NCBI GenBank assembly: GCA_045863335.1
Contig: BTVY01000008.1
Location: forward strand, 32,001-96,000
Length of the DNA: 64,000 bases
Direction: 5' to 3'
From: Candidatus Hydrogenedentota bacterium
GTDB taxonomy: Bacteria > Hydrogenedentota > Hydrogenedentia > Hydrogenedentales > SLHB01
The position numbers and the translations under genes are program-made. Below, in pieces: positions 56,422 through 64,000 of the stretch (the stretch's first letter is position 1; each line of letters begins with the position of its first letter). The notes under the pieces were generated by a model. The model did not search any database, was not told the origin of the DNA, and saw only the letters and a list, made by a program, of their open reading frames with translations.

Positions 56422-57347
56422 AAGTCCGGGCGTAGCACCCTCATCGCTGCACCCACATAGTCGGCGAGAGACGTCTCGTCCGTTCCCGGAATCCAGTGGA
56501 TGCGAGGGTCCGCCCGAAACCAGGTCAGCTGGCGCTTCGCGAAGCGGCGGGTGCTTCGTTTCATGGACTCGCGGGCGTCCTCGAACGTGCCGTGTCCCTC
56601 GAGATAGGCGGCGAAATCCCGGTAGCCAAGGGAACGGAGCCGCTCGATCGCGTCCCTGTACCCCGCGTCGAGGAGTTGCTGCACTTCATCCACAAATCCG
56701 TTGGCCAGCATCTGGTCCACACGCAGATCGATCCGGCGGTACAGGACATCGCGAGGAAGATCGATGGCGATCTGAACCGCGTTCAGCGTAGCGCCCTGTT
56801 GCTGGTGCTCCTTATGAAAACTAGTCAGGGTCCGCCCGGTCACTTCGTGCACCTCGAGCGCGCGGACGATCCGCCGGAGGTCGTTCGGCTGGATCAGGTC
56901 CGCGTAGGCGGGGTCCGTGCCCTGAAGGCGCTCGAAGAGCGGGGCAACTCCGTGCTTCTCCGCCTCGTAGTGAAGGTGTTCGCGGATGGCGTCGTTGGCG
57001 GGTGGACCCTCGAAGAGCCCATCAATCAAGGCGCTAACATACAGGCCCGAGCCGCCGACGACAACCGCGATCTTCCCGTACCGATTCAAAGATTCGACGA
57101 TAGGCCTCGCCAGGCGTTCAAAATCCCCCGCCGAGCACGGCTGATCGGGCTTCAGGAACCCTACGAGATGGTGCGTCACACGCGCGCGATCTTCAGGAGT
57201 TGGCGCCGCTGTGCCAATCTCCATGCCGGCATACACCTGCATGGAATCCGCGGAGATGATCTCGGTACCGAGGCGTTCTGCAAGTTCCACAGCGAGAGCC
57301 GTTTTGCCGGAGGCCGTCGGACCCACTACAGCCAGTACCGATATCAC
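56418..57347 (-). CDS. miaA: tRNA dimethylallyltransferase
   Basis: GPTASGKT, SADSMQVY, GGSGLY, TRRFAKRQLTWFR. Confidence 0.96.
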   Translation of the reverse strand: MISVLAVVGPTASGKTALAVELAERLGTEIISADSMQVYAGMEIGTAAPTPEDRARVTHHLVGFLKPDQPCSAGDFERLARPIVESLNRYGKIAVVVGGSGLYVSALIDGLFEGPPANDAIREHLHYEAEKHGVAPLFERLQGTDPAYADLIQPNDLRRIVRALEVHEVTGRTLTSFHKEHQQQGATLNAVQIAIDLPRDVLYRRIDLRVDQMLANGFVDEVQQLLDAGYRDAIERLRSLGYRDFAAYLEGHGTFEDARESMKRSTRRFAKRQLTWFRADPRIHWIPGTDETSLADYVGAAMRVLRPDF

Positions 57348-59218
57348 TGCCGTCTCCGGAAGCTCTTTTCCATTTGGACTTGAGTCAGTTCCGTAATGAT
57401 AGGCCGGCCATGAGGGCAGGTATAGGGCGGACGCATGCGGCGGAAACCATCCAGCAGTTCGCGGCGTTCCTGGGGTGAAAGGCGGTCGCCGGCCTTGACG
57501 GAACCGCGGCAGGCCTCAACGGCGAGACGCAGCACATCGGCGAGAAAGTCTTCCCGGTTGAACAGATCGCCCTGCGCGAGTTGGTCCAACACCCGATAGA
57601 TCGTGTCGGGCACGCGCGACTCTTCGTACAAATGGCAGATGGCGGTGACCTGGTAGGTGCCGCCGCCAAAGGGCTCAATCTCGATCCCCAGTTTCGAGAA
57701 GAGATCAAGATTGGATTCGAGCAGCTTCGCATGGGAGGGCGGCGCGTCCACCAACAGCGGCACCGCGAGTTGCTGTGCCTGGTAGTCGTGGTCTTCAAGA
57801 TCGGCCCGGAGCGCGTCGTAGGTCAAGCGTTCGTGGAGCGCGTGTTGATCGATAATAAGCAGCCGGTCATCTTCCGGTACCAGCAAATAGGTGTCGAACA
57901 ACTGCATGGGCGCGTCGCCGATGGCGCCCATGGGGCTGTATACCGCGGAAGGCGCGGCAGACTCGAAGTCATCGCTCGTGTCCGAGCTTTGGATAAGAGT
58001 TTGCACCGGCGGCGTATAGCGATCGAGTGGGTTTGTTTCGGCGGCTGGGAGTCTGTGCTCGAAGGGAATTTTGTCCGTTTGCGCTTCGACGAAGTCGCTG
58101 AATCTTGCGCGCGGTTCCGGGAGTTCTTGCGGAGCGGCAGGCGACGTCGCGCAGGCCTCTTGCCGGGGCGCGGGCCGAGGCTGTTGCAGGAATGCCGGCT
58201 GTTCGGAGCGGTGAAGTTCCGCGAGGCGGTCGCGAACCACCTGTCGTACCGCATCTCGTGCCGCGCGCTCATCCCGAAAGCGAATCTCGCGCTTGGACGG
58301 ATGAATGTTCACGTCGACCAGGCGCGGATGGACGTCCACCAGCACCATACCTACAGGATGACGGCCGACGGTGACCAGCGACCGGTAGCCGTCCTCGAAA
58401 CCGTATTGCAGCGACCGGTTCACGACGGGGCGTTTGTTGAGAAAGAAGAATTGATGAGAACGCTGCGACCGAGTTAATTGCGGCGTCCCGATGAGGCCTG
58501 TGAAACGAAATCCTGCAAGCTCTGCGTCGAGATCGACGAGGTCCTTGAGGAAGTTCAATCCCCAGATGAGCGCGACCCGCTCGCGCAACGAGGCGCGCTC
58601 GGGGATATCGAAAAGGGTCTTATCGTTGTGCGTCAGCGAGAAGGCCACCCCCGTTTGCACGAGGGCATGACGCTGGACGATGTCGATGCACTGGCTCAAT
58701 TCGGTGGTGATGCCGCGAAGAAACTTGGCGCGAACGGGGGTATTGAAGTACAGGCGGTTGACGGTCACCCGGGTGCCGCCCGGCGCAGCCGAATGTTCCA
58801 CGTCCCGCAGGACTCCGCCTTCGACGCGAAGCCGGGTGCCCGAATCATCACGATCCCGCCGGGTGACCAGTTCAAACTTGGACACGGCAGCGATACTGGC
58901 AAGGGCCTCACCGCGGAAACCCATGGTGGAGATGTTGTCGAGATCGTCTGCCTTTCGAATCTTACTTGTCGTGTGACGCTCGATTGCGAGGAGCGCGTCC
59001 TGCTCGGACATACCGTGGCCGTCGTCGATTACCTCGATCGTGCGGCGCCCCGCAGCGACCAGGCGTACCTGAATGCGTGTGGCTCTGGCGTCGAGCGCGT
59101 TTTCGACCAATTCCTTAACCACGGAAGCCGGCCGCTCAACGACCTCGCCCGCGGCGATTTTGTTCGCCACGTTCTCGGGGAGGACGCGCACGCTGGGTAT
59201 GGCCGTTTTTGGACTCAT
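57344..59218 (-). CDS. mutL: DNA mismatch repair protein MutL with endonuclease motif
   Basis: IAAGEVVERPASVVKELVEN, GFRGEAL, DQHALHER, CPHGRP. Confidence 0.97.
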   Translation of the reverse strand: MSPKTAIPSVRVLPENVANKIAAGEVVERPASVVKELVENALDARATRIQVRLVAAGRRTIEVIDDGHGMSEQDALLAIERHTTSKIRKADDLDNISTMGFRGEALASIAAVSKFELVTRRDRDDSGTRLRVEGGVLRDVEHSAAPGGTRVTVNRLYFNTPVRAKFLRGITTELSQCIDIVQRHALVQTGVAFSLTHNDKTLFDIPERASLRERVALIWGLNFLKDLVDLDAELAGFRFTGLIGTPQLTRSQRSHQFFFLNKRPVVNRSLQYGFEDGYRSLVTVGRHPVGMVLVDVHPRLVDVNIHPSKREIRFRDERAARDAVRQVVRDRLAELHRSEQPAFLQQPRPAPRQEACATSPAAPQELPEPRARFSDFVEAQTDKIPFEHRLPAAETNPLDRYTPPVQTLIQSSDTSDDFESAAPSAVYSPMGAIGDAPMQLFDTYLLVPEDDRLLIIDQHALHERLTYDALRADLEDHDYQAQQLAVPLLVDAPPSHAKLLESNLDLFSKLGIEIEPFGGGTYQVTAICHLYEESRVPDTIYRVLDQLAQGDLFNREDFLADVLRLAVEACRGSVKAGDRLSPQERRELLDGFRRMRPPYTCPHGRPIITELTQVQMEKSFRRRQ

Positions 59219-59405
59219 GAAATCACCTGTGGCCGTATCTTAGTCGAGGCTTCCCCGGTCAGGCAAACGGGACGCAGGGAAGAGGCCTACGGGATGGGTT
59301 CACGCGAACTTACTTGGGGACGAATCGGACAAAAAGCGTTGGGCCTGTCCGAAGACAGGCCCAAGAAATCATCTCTACGATAGGGACGAAACGCGCGAAC
59401 GGGGA

Positions 59406-59822
59406 TTAGAGCGTGTAATCCAACGTCACGTAGATTTCGTCGCAGGAAACAACCTGATCGAACGTGATGCAAAGGTTGGTCGTGTCCAGTTCCACTTCCG
59501 AAAGGATGACGGTGGAGTTCTCAACACAATCTTCCTTGTCATCGAAGATCGCCCGGATGTCGTAGGTACCCGGGGAATTGTTCGGAATCACGCCCTCGCC
59601 GCCGGGCAGCACGCGCTCGCCGCCGGGAAGGTCGTTCGGACCCCACGACGGGGAGCCGGAAGTCACAACGTTTACTTCGGTCAGATCCAGGAACGTGTCA
59701 TTCTTCAAGCAGATCTTCAGCTTGATGAATGCATTCAGGAGACCGGGGCAGCCTACCATCAACGGCAGGGCGACACCGGCCAAGAGTGCCAACGTGGCAA
59801 TACGACGGACCTTTGGTGACAT
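59406..59822 (-). CDS. Small lipoprotein of unknown function
   Basis: Lipobox MVGC; AAGGAGG RBS; SWG.N.L...PG.YDI motif. Confidence 0.65.
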   Translation of the reverse strand: MSPKVRRIATLALLAGVALPLMVGCPGLLNAFIKLKICLKNDTFLDLTEVNVVTSGSPSWGPNDLPGGERVLPGGEGVIPNNSPGTYDIRAIFDDKEDCVENSTVILSEVELDTTNLCITFDQVVSCDEIYVTLDYTL

Positions 59823-60369
59823 GTGCGTTTCCTCCTTTTCTGCACCCTACACAACTGCGTTCAATTACTGAACAACCACATCATACTCTAGGGGTACCCG
59901 CGAATGCAAGCGCCCCTCATCTGTACCGCTAATGGTACGATCCTCACTGGCTCCCCCCACAAGTCCTTGTGGGAGTGGCCACTAGAGAGACTCGGGCCTT
60001 CGGCTTTACCATCAGCCTGTACACAATACCCAATCTTCGGACATATGTTACCAACAATTCTTGGAAAACACAAGGGGTAGTGGTGGGTACGAAAAGTCAC
60101 CCTGTCTCTTGGTGTCCTTCCTGCCCTCTACCGTATCAGACAGCCTCGGTCGAGACACGCCCCGATGACCACACCTATCTTAGGCCGAATCCGCCTGATT
60201 GTCAAGTACCAGTTCCCTAGTTCGGCCATTCCTTTTTTCCGTGCCGGTGCGCGCCAGGCCCCGGGTCACCCTCCGGTCCCGATCACAATTCGCAGTGGAA
60301 AACTCGGTCTCGCCACCGCATAATGGGCGCCCTTGTGTCTGCATTTCGCAAAGTTGGGGTTATTCGCCG

Positions 60370-61800
60370 GTGTTGAGGTCGTATTTCGGTTGGGGCGTGC
60401 TGGCCGCGGTCTGTTTGGGAATGGCGTTCGCTGTGCGCCCGGCTCCACCGGGCTCTCCGGAAGAACGCGAAGCCATTCGCGAGGGCCGTACGGTCGTTCT
60501 CTATTGGGACCGCCATTCCGGCCACGAGCATCAGGCGCGCGTCGAACTCATCGCCGAGTACAACCAATCCCAGGGGGTTGAGGATGGCGTGTACGTGCGC
60601 GCCCTCCCCATCGGCTACAACGTGTTGATGGAGAAGATGCTCACTTCCATCGCCGCGGGTAGCCCCCCCGACATTTGCAGTATGGATACGGCTATCCTCG
60701 CTCAACTCGCCGCCCAAGGCTGCTTCAGCCCTCTGGGTGACTTTATCGCAACCGAACCGGAATTGCAGGAGGACCGCTTTCTCCCACACGCGTGGCGCAT
60801 GGTTCATTTTCGGGGATTCGACGCGGCGAGTGAACGTTGGGTAGAAGACACGTGGGGGATTCCGACATCGACAGATACCTACTGCCTGCTATGGAACAAA
60901 GACGCGTTCCGCAAGGCGGGTCTGGACCCCGAGCGTCCACCACAGACGCTGGACGAGTTGGAAGAGTATGCAGCGAAACTGACGGTGCACGGCGATACGG
61001 GAATCGAACAGTTTGGTTTCGTGCCCTGGTTCCCCTGGGATCTCACGCACATGTGGGGAGGGCTGTTTGGGGGAGAATGGTATGACCCGGAGACCGGGGC
61101 CGCGACGTGCGCGGACAACCCCGGGATTATTGCCTCGCTCGCCTGGCAGCGCCGTTTCGCTATCGATCCCAACGCGTCCGAGCAGTCCCCCATCGCAATC
61201 GATCCCGCGCGCACCCAGTCCTTTGAGCGAATGGGCGCGTACCAAAGCGCCAACAACCCCTTCTATACCGGCAAAGTCGCCATGATTGTCGAGGGGGAAT
61301 GGCAAGTGACCTTTACGGCAAAGTACGCGCCTGATCTCGATTGGGGCGTCGCGCCCATACCCCAGCCGGAAGGCGTGGAACCCTTGATGTACGGTCCCAC
61401 GTCGGTCGCGGACGCGATCCCCGCCGGAGCGCGCCATCGGGAAGCCGCCTTGAAATTCCTGCGCTGGTTCTACCGGACCCGGCCCGACGGCAGCCCGTCG
61501 CCCGCGAGCGATTACAGTCTGGCGATCCACAACATTCCGCCGCGGCGCGCGGAGGCCATGCACGAACGGTTCACGGGCAACCCAAAGTTTAAAGTCTTTG
61601 TCGAGGGCCTCATCGACCGCGAGGTCGTGCAATATCCAGTCAATCCGGTTACGCAGTTCTTTCTCGATCAAATGTCGAGCAACCGCGAGTACGTCATCCG
61701 GTACGAAAAGACGCCGGAACAGGCGGCGCGCGACATCCAGGACGTGGCCAACGCCGCTCTGAAAGACGATCCCTATATTGAGCCGGAGGTGGCCCAATGA
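60370..61800 (+). CDS. Carbohydrate ABC transporter substrate-binding protein (start uncertain)
   Basis: AGSPPD, WGIP....L.WNKD.F.KAGLDP..PP.T.DEL, FYTGKVAM..EGEW. Confidence 0.85.
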   Translation: MLRSYFGWGVLAAVCLGMAFAVRPAPPGSPEEREAIREGRTVVLYWDRHSGHEHQARVELIAEYNQSQGVEDGVYVRALPIGYNVLMEKMLTSIAAGSPPDICSMDTAILAQLAAQGCFSPLGDFIATEPELQEDRFLPHAWRMVHFRGFDAASERWVEDTWGIPTSTDTYCLLWNKDAFRKAGLDPERPPQTLDELEEYAAKLTVHGDTGIEQFGFVPWFPWDLTHMWGGLFGGEWYDPETGAATCADNPGIIASLAWQRRFAIDPNASEQSPIAIDPARTQSFERMGAYQSANNPFYTGKVAMIVEGEWQVTFTAKYAPDLDWGVAPIPQPEGVEPLMYGPTSVADAIPAGARHREAALKFLRWFYRTRPDGSPSPASDYSLAIHNIPPRRAEAMHERFTGNPKFKVFVEGLIDREVVQYPVNPVTQFFLDQMSSNREYVIRYEKTPEQAARDIQDVANAALKDDPYIEPEVAQ

Positions 61801-62690
61801 CGCGCGTGGAACGACGCAATACGCGAAACGCGCTGCTCTTCGCGTCGCCCTTCGTGTTGGGGTTCTTTGTCATCTACGCGTATCCCCTCGTGATGACCTT
61901 CGTGTTTAGCTTGCAGCGCTACAACGTAATCCGGCCGCCCGTATGGATCGGCGCAGACAACTACCATCGGCTCTTGTTTGAAGATCCGCGCTTCTGGAAG
62001 GCGCTGTACAACACGCTCTACTTCACGGCATTCTCCGTGCCGCTCGGGCTCGCGCTGGCGCTCGGACTGGCCATGTTGCTGAGTCTCAAGGTTCGCGGCC
62101 AGGCGATCTACCGGACCATTTTCTTTCTTCCCACCATCGTGCCCATCGTGGCCTCCTCGGTATTGTGGTTGTGGGTGCTGAACGCCCAGAACGGATTGTT
62201 GAATACCACGATCGAAGCGATCTTCGGCGTTCAAGGTCCGGGGTGGTTGGCGGACGAACACTGGTCAAAGCCGGCCCTCATACTCATGAGCCTCTGGAGC
62301 GTGGGCGGTCCTATGGTGATCTTTCTGGCAGGTCTGGCGGACGTGCCGCAGTCCTTGTACGAAGTGGCGGACATCGACGGCGCCGGGCCCTTCCGGAAGT
62401 TCCGCAACGTGACGCTGCCCATGATCACGCCGGTGATTCTGTTCAACCTCGTGATTGGGCTGATCAATTCCTTTCAGTACTTCACGCAGGTCTATGTGAT
62501 GACGAACGGCAAGGGCGAACCCGTGGACTCGACTATGTTCTACGCCTTGTACCTGTACCGGAATTCCTTTTACTACCTCGACATGGGCTACGGCTCGGCC
62601 ATGGCGCTCATCATGTTCCTGGTCATTCTGGCCGCGACCGTTGGCGTCATGATCTCCTCTAAGCGCTGGGTGCACTACCATGGCGACTAG
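61797..62690 (+). CDS. Carbohydrate ABC transporter permease
   Basis: FLAGL.DVP..LYE.A.IDGA EAA loop. Confidence 0.92.
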   Translation: MTRVERRNTRNALLFASPFVLGFFVIYAYPLVMTFVFSLQRYNVIRPPVWIGADNYHRLLFEDPRFWKALYNTLYFTAFSVPLGLALALGLAMLLSLKVRGQAIYRTIFFLPTIVPIVASSVLWLWVLNAQNGLLNTTIEAIFGVQGPGWLADEHWSKPALILMSLWSVGGPMVIFLAGLADVPQSLYEVADIDGAGPFRKFRNVTLPMITPVILFNLVIGLINSFQYFTQVYVMTNGKGEPVDSTMFYALYLYRNSFYYLDMGYGSAMALIMFLVILAATVGVMISSKRWVHYHGD

Positions 62691-63672
62691 ACCCGTCTAT
62701 CGACTTTTCGCCCACGCCATGCTCATCGCGGCTTCATTGTTGTTTCTCGCGCCCTTCGCGTGGATGGTCTCGACTTCGCTGAAACACGAGTCGCGCATCT
62801 TCTCCAAACCGGGCGAACCACCCCAGTGGATTCCGAGGACCGATCGCCTCGACTCGAACGGAAACCAGTTGGTCACGTGCCAGGGTCAGACCGCCGTCAA
62901 TCTGGGCCGGAACGAGGACGGTCGTTACACCTTGAACCTCGATGGGTTGCAAGTATCGGCGTCTGCGGAAGAGTTCGTGGCGCAACAGGAGATCGAACTG
63001 CACTGGGAGAATTACGCCGAGGCCTTTCGCATCATCGACTTCCCGAGAAACCTCCGCAACACGCTCTTCGTCTGCTTCACGGTAGTCATCGGCACGGTGC
63101 TGTCGTGTTCGCTCGTTGCCTACAGCTTTTCACGCATCGAATGGCCGGGAAGGGATCTGTGTTTCATTCTGGTGTTGGCGACCATGATGCTCCCCTATCA
63201 GGTGATGCTGATTCCGTTGTTCGTGCTGTACAAGAATCTCGGCTGGACGGGGACCTTTAAGCCATTGATCGTCCCCGCCTTTCTCGGAACGCCGTTCTAC
63301 ATCTTTCTCCTGCGTCAGTTCTTCATGGGGATTCCGCAGGACCTCAGCGCCGCCGCACGGATCGACGGGTGCAGCGAATTCGGCATCTACGCGCGCATCA
63401 TCATGCCCTTGTCGAAACCCGCGCTGGCTACCACCGCCCTGTTCATGTTCCTTTTTCAATGGGGCGATTTCCTCAATCCCCTTGTTTTCCTTCAGGACGA
63501 CCGGCAATATACCCTCGCCCTTGCGTTGCAGCAGTTCCAAAGTCAGCACGAAAGCCTTTGGGGTCCCCTGATGGCCATGTCGACAGTCATCACGGTTCCG
63601 GTGATCCTGTTGTTCTTCCTGACCCAGCGCACGTTCATCCAGGGGATCACCCTGACCGGCCTCAAGGGGTAG
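62680..63672 (+). CDS. Carbohydrate ABC transporter permease with extracytoplasmic insertion
   Basis: FLLRQFF.GIP.DL..AARIDG EAA loop; FIQGI..TGLKG end. Confidence 0.92.
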   Translation: MATRPVYRLFAHAMLIAASLLFLAPFAWMVSTSLKHESRIFSKPGEPPQWIPRTDRLDSNGNQLVTCQGQTAVNLGRNEDGRYTLNLDGLQVSASAEEFVAQQEIELHWENYAEAFRIIDFPRNLRNTLFVCFTVVIGTVLSCSLVAYSFSRIEWPGRDLCFILVLATMMLPYQVMLIPLFVLYKNLGWTGTFKPLIVPAFLGTPFYIFLLRQFFMGIPQDLSAAARIDGCSEFGIYARIIMPLSKPALATTALFMFLFQWGDFLNPLVFLQDDRQYTLALALQQFQSQHESLWGPLMAMSTVITVPVILLFFLTQRTFIQGITLTGLKG

Positions 63673-63727
63673 TCCGCCGGGATTTCGATACGCGCGCCGG
63701 CCACGTAATCCAACGATTGGAGTGCAC

Positions 63728-64000
63728 ATGTCTGAAATAGAATTCATCCGCGCCACCCTGGACGAACTGGCGGTGTTCGTGCGGCAAAAATACGCCATGC
63801 GGGAATCCCTTTCCATGACCGCCAAGGGAGAGCCCAACGACCTCGTCACCGAGGTGGACCTTGCGGTGCAGGAGGAGATCCAAAGGCGCATCGAGAAGGC
63901 TTTCCCTGGGGACGCCATCGTGGGCGAAGAGAACGGCATGACCGGGTTTCCGGAAGGGGACGACACGCGCGCCTGGGTCATTGATCCCATTGACGGCACC
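63728..64000 (+). CDS. Inositol monophosphatase family protein (partial, runs off the window)
   Basis: Read by hand: DLVTEVD, GEE, WVIDPIDGT motifs; absent from the ORF track because it is truncated. Confidence 0.88.
   Translation, partial: MSEIEFIRATLDELAVFVRQKYAMRESLSMTAKGEPNDLVTEVDLAVQEEIQRRIEKAFPGDAIVGEENGMTGFPEGDDTRAWVIDPIDGT

Noticed and set aside
59970-59981. 12-nt match TGGGAGTGGCCA shared with 32271-32282 (minus strand)
   Set aside because: Too short, with no shared context; compatible with chance.
24346-61062. KOPS (GGGNAGGG) polarity as evidence for the terminus
   Set aside because: The few copies noticed point both ways (24346, 48937, 60602 toward dif; 35042, 36567, 61055 away), and the motif is lineage-specific.

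Overview
High-GC bacterial chromosome segment. The style of its secreted proteins and lipoproteins suggests Candidatus Hydrogenedentota or a related lineage; this is inference only. The left third is accessory: carbohydrate enzymes including a GH32-pectate lyase fusion, two type II toxin-antitoxin modules, tandem vWA-OmpA lipoproteins, an MshEN-HDOD protein, and a secreted Ig protein with a C-terminal sorting tail next to a CPBP protease. The middle and right are mostly core genes: proS, rpmB, rlmN, panE, recA, tRNA-Gly, zapAB-like, pheST, yggS, psd/pssA, radC, prmC/prfA, rpmE, flgFGAHIJNL, miaA, mutL and a sugar ABC transporter. Main observations: (1) a XerC/D dif-like site at 32195-32222, in an AT-rich gene-poor gap where the + strand appears to switch from C-rich to G-rich, the opposite of textbook terminus polarity; (2) a candidate new SOS/LexA operator, (A)CTG-N10-CAG(T) with TTTCAGT half-sites, at recA, a dinB-family gene and a third promoter; (3) a possible CPBP 'sortase' plus CTERM substrate pair; (4) a TA module bracketed by a 20-30 bp direct repeat; (5) several nested non-autonomous repeat families; (6) a flagellar operon lacking flgM and flgK. 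All calls come from motif reading by eye; no database searches were run.
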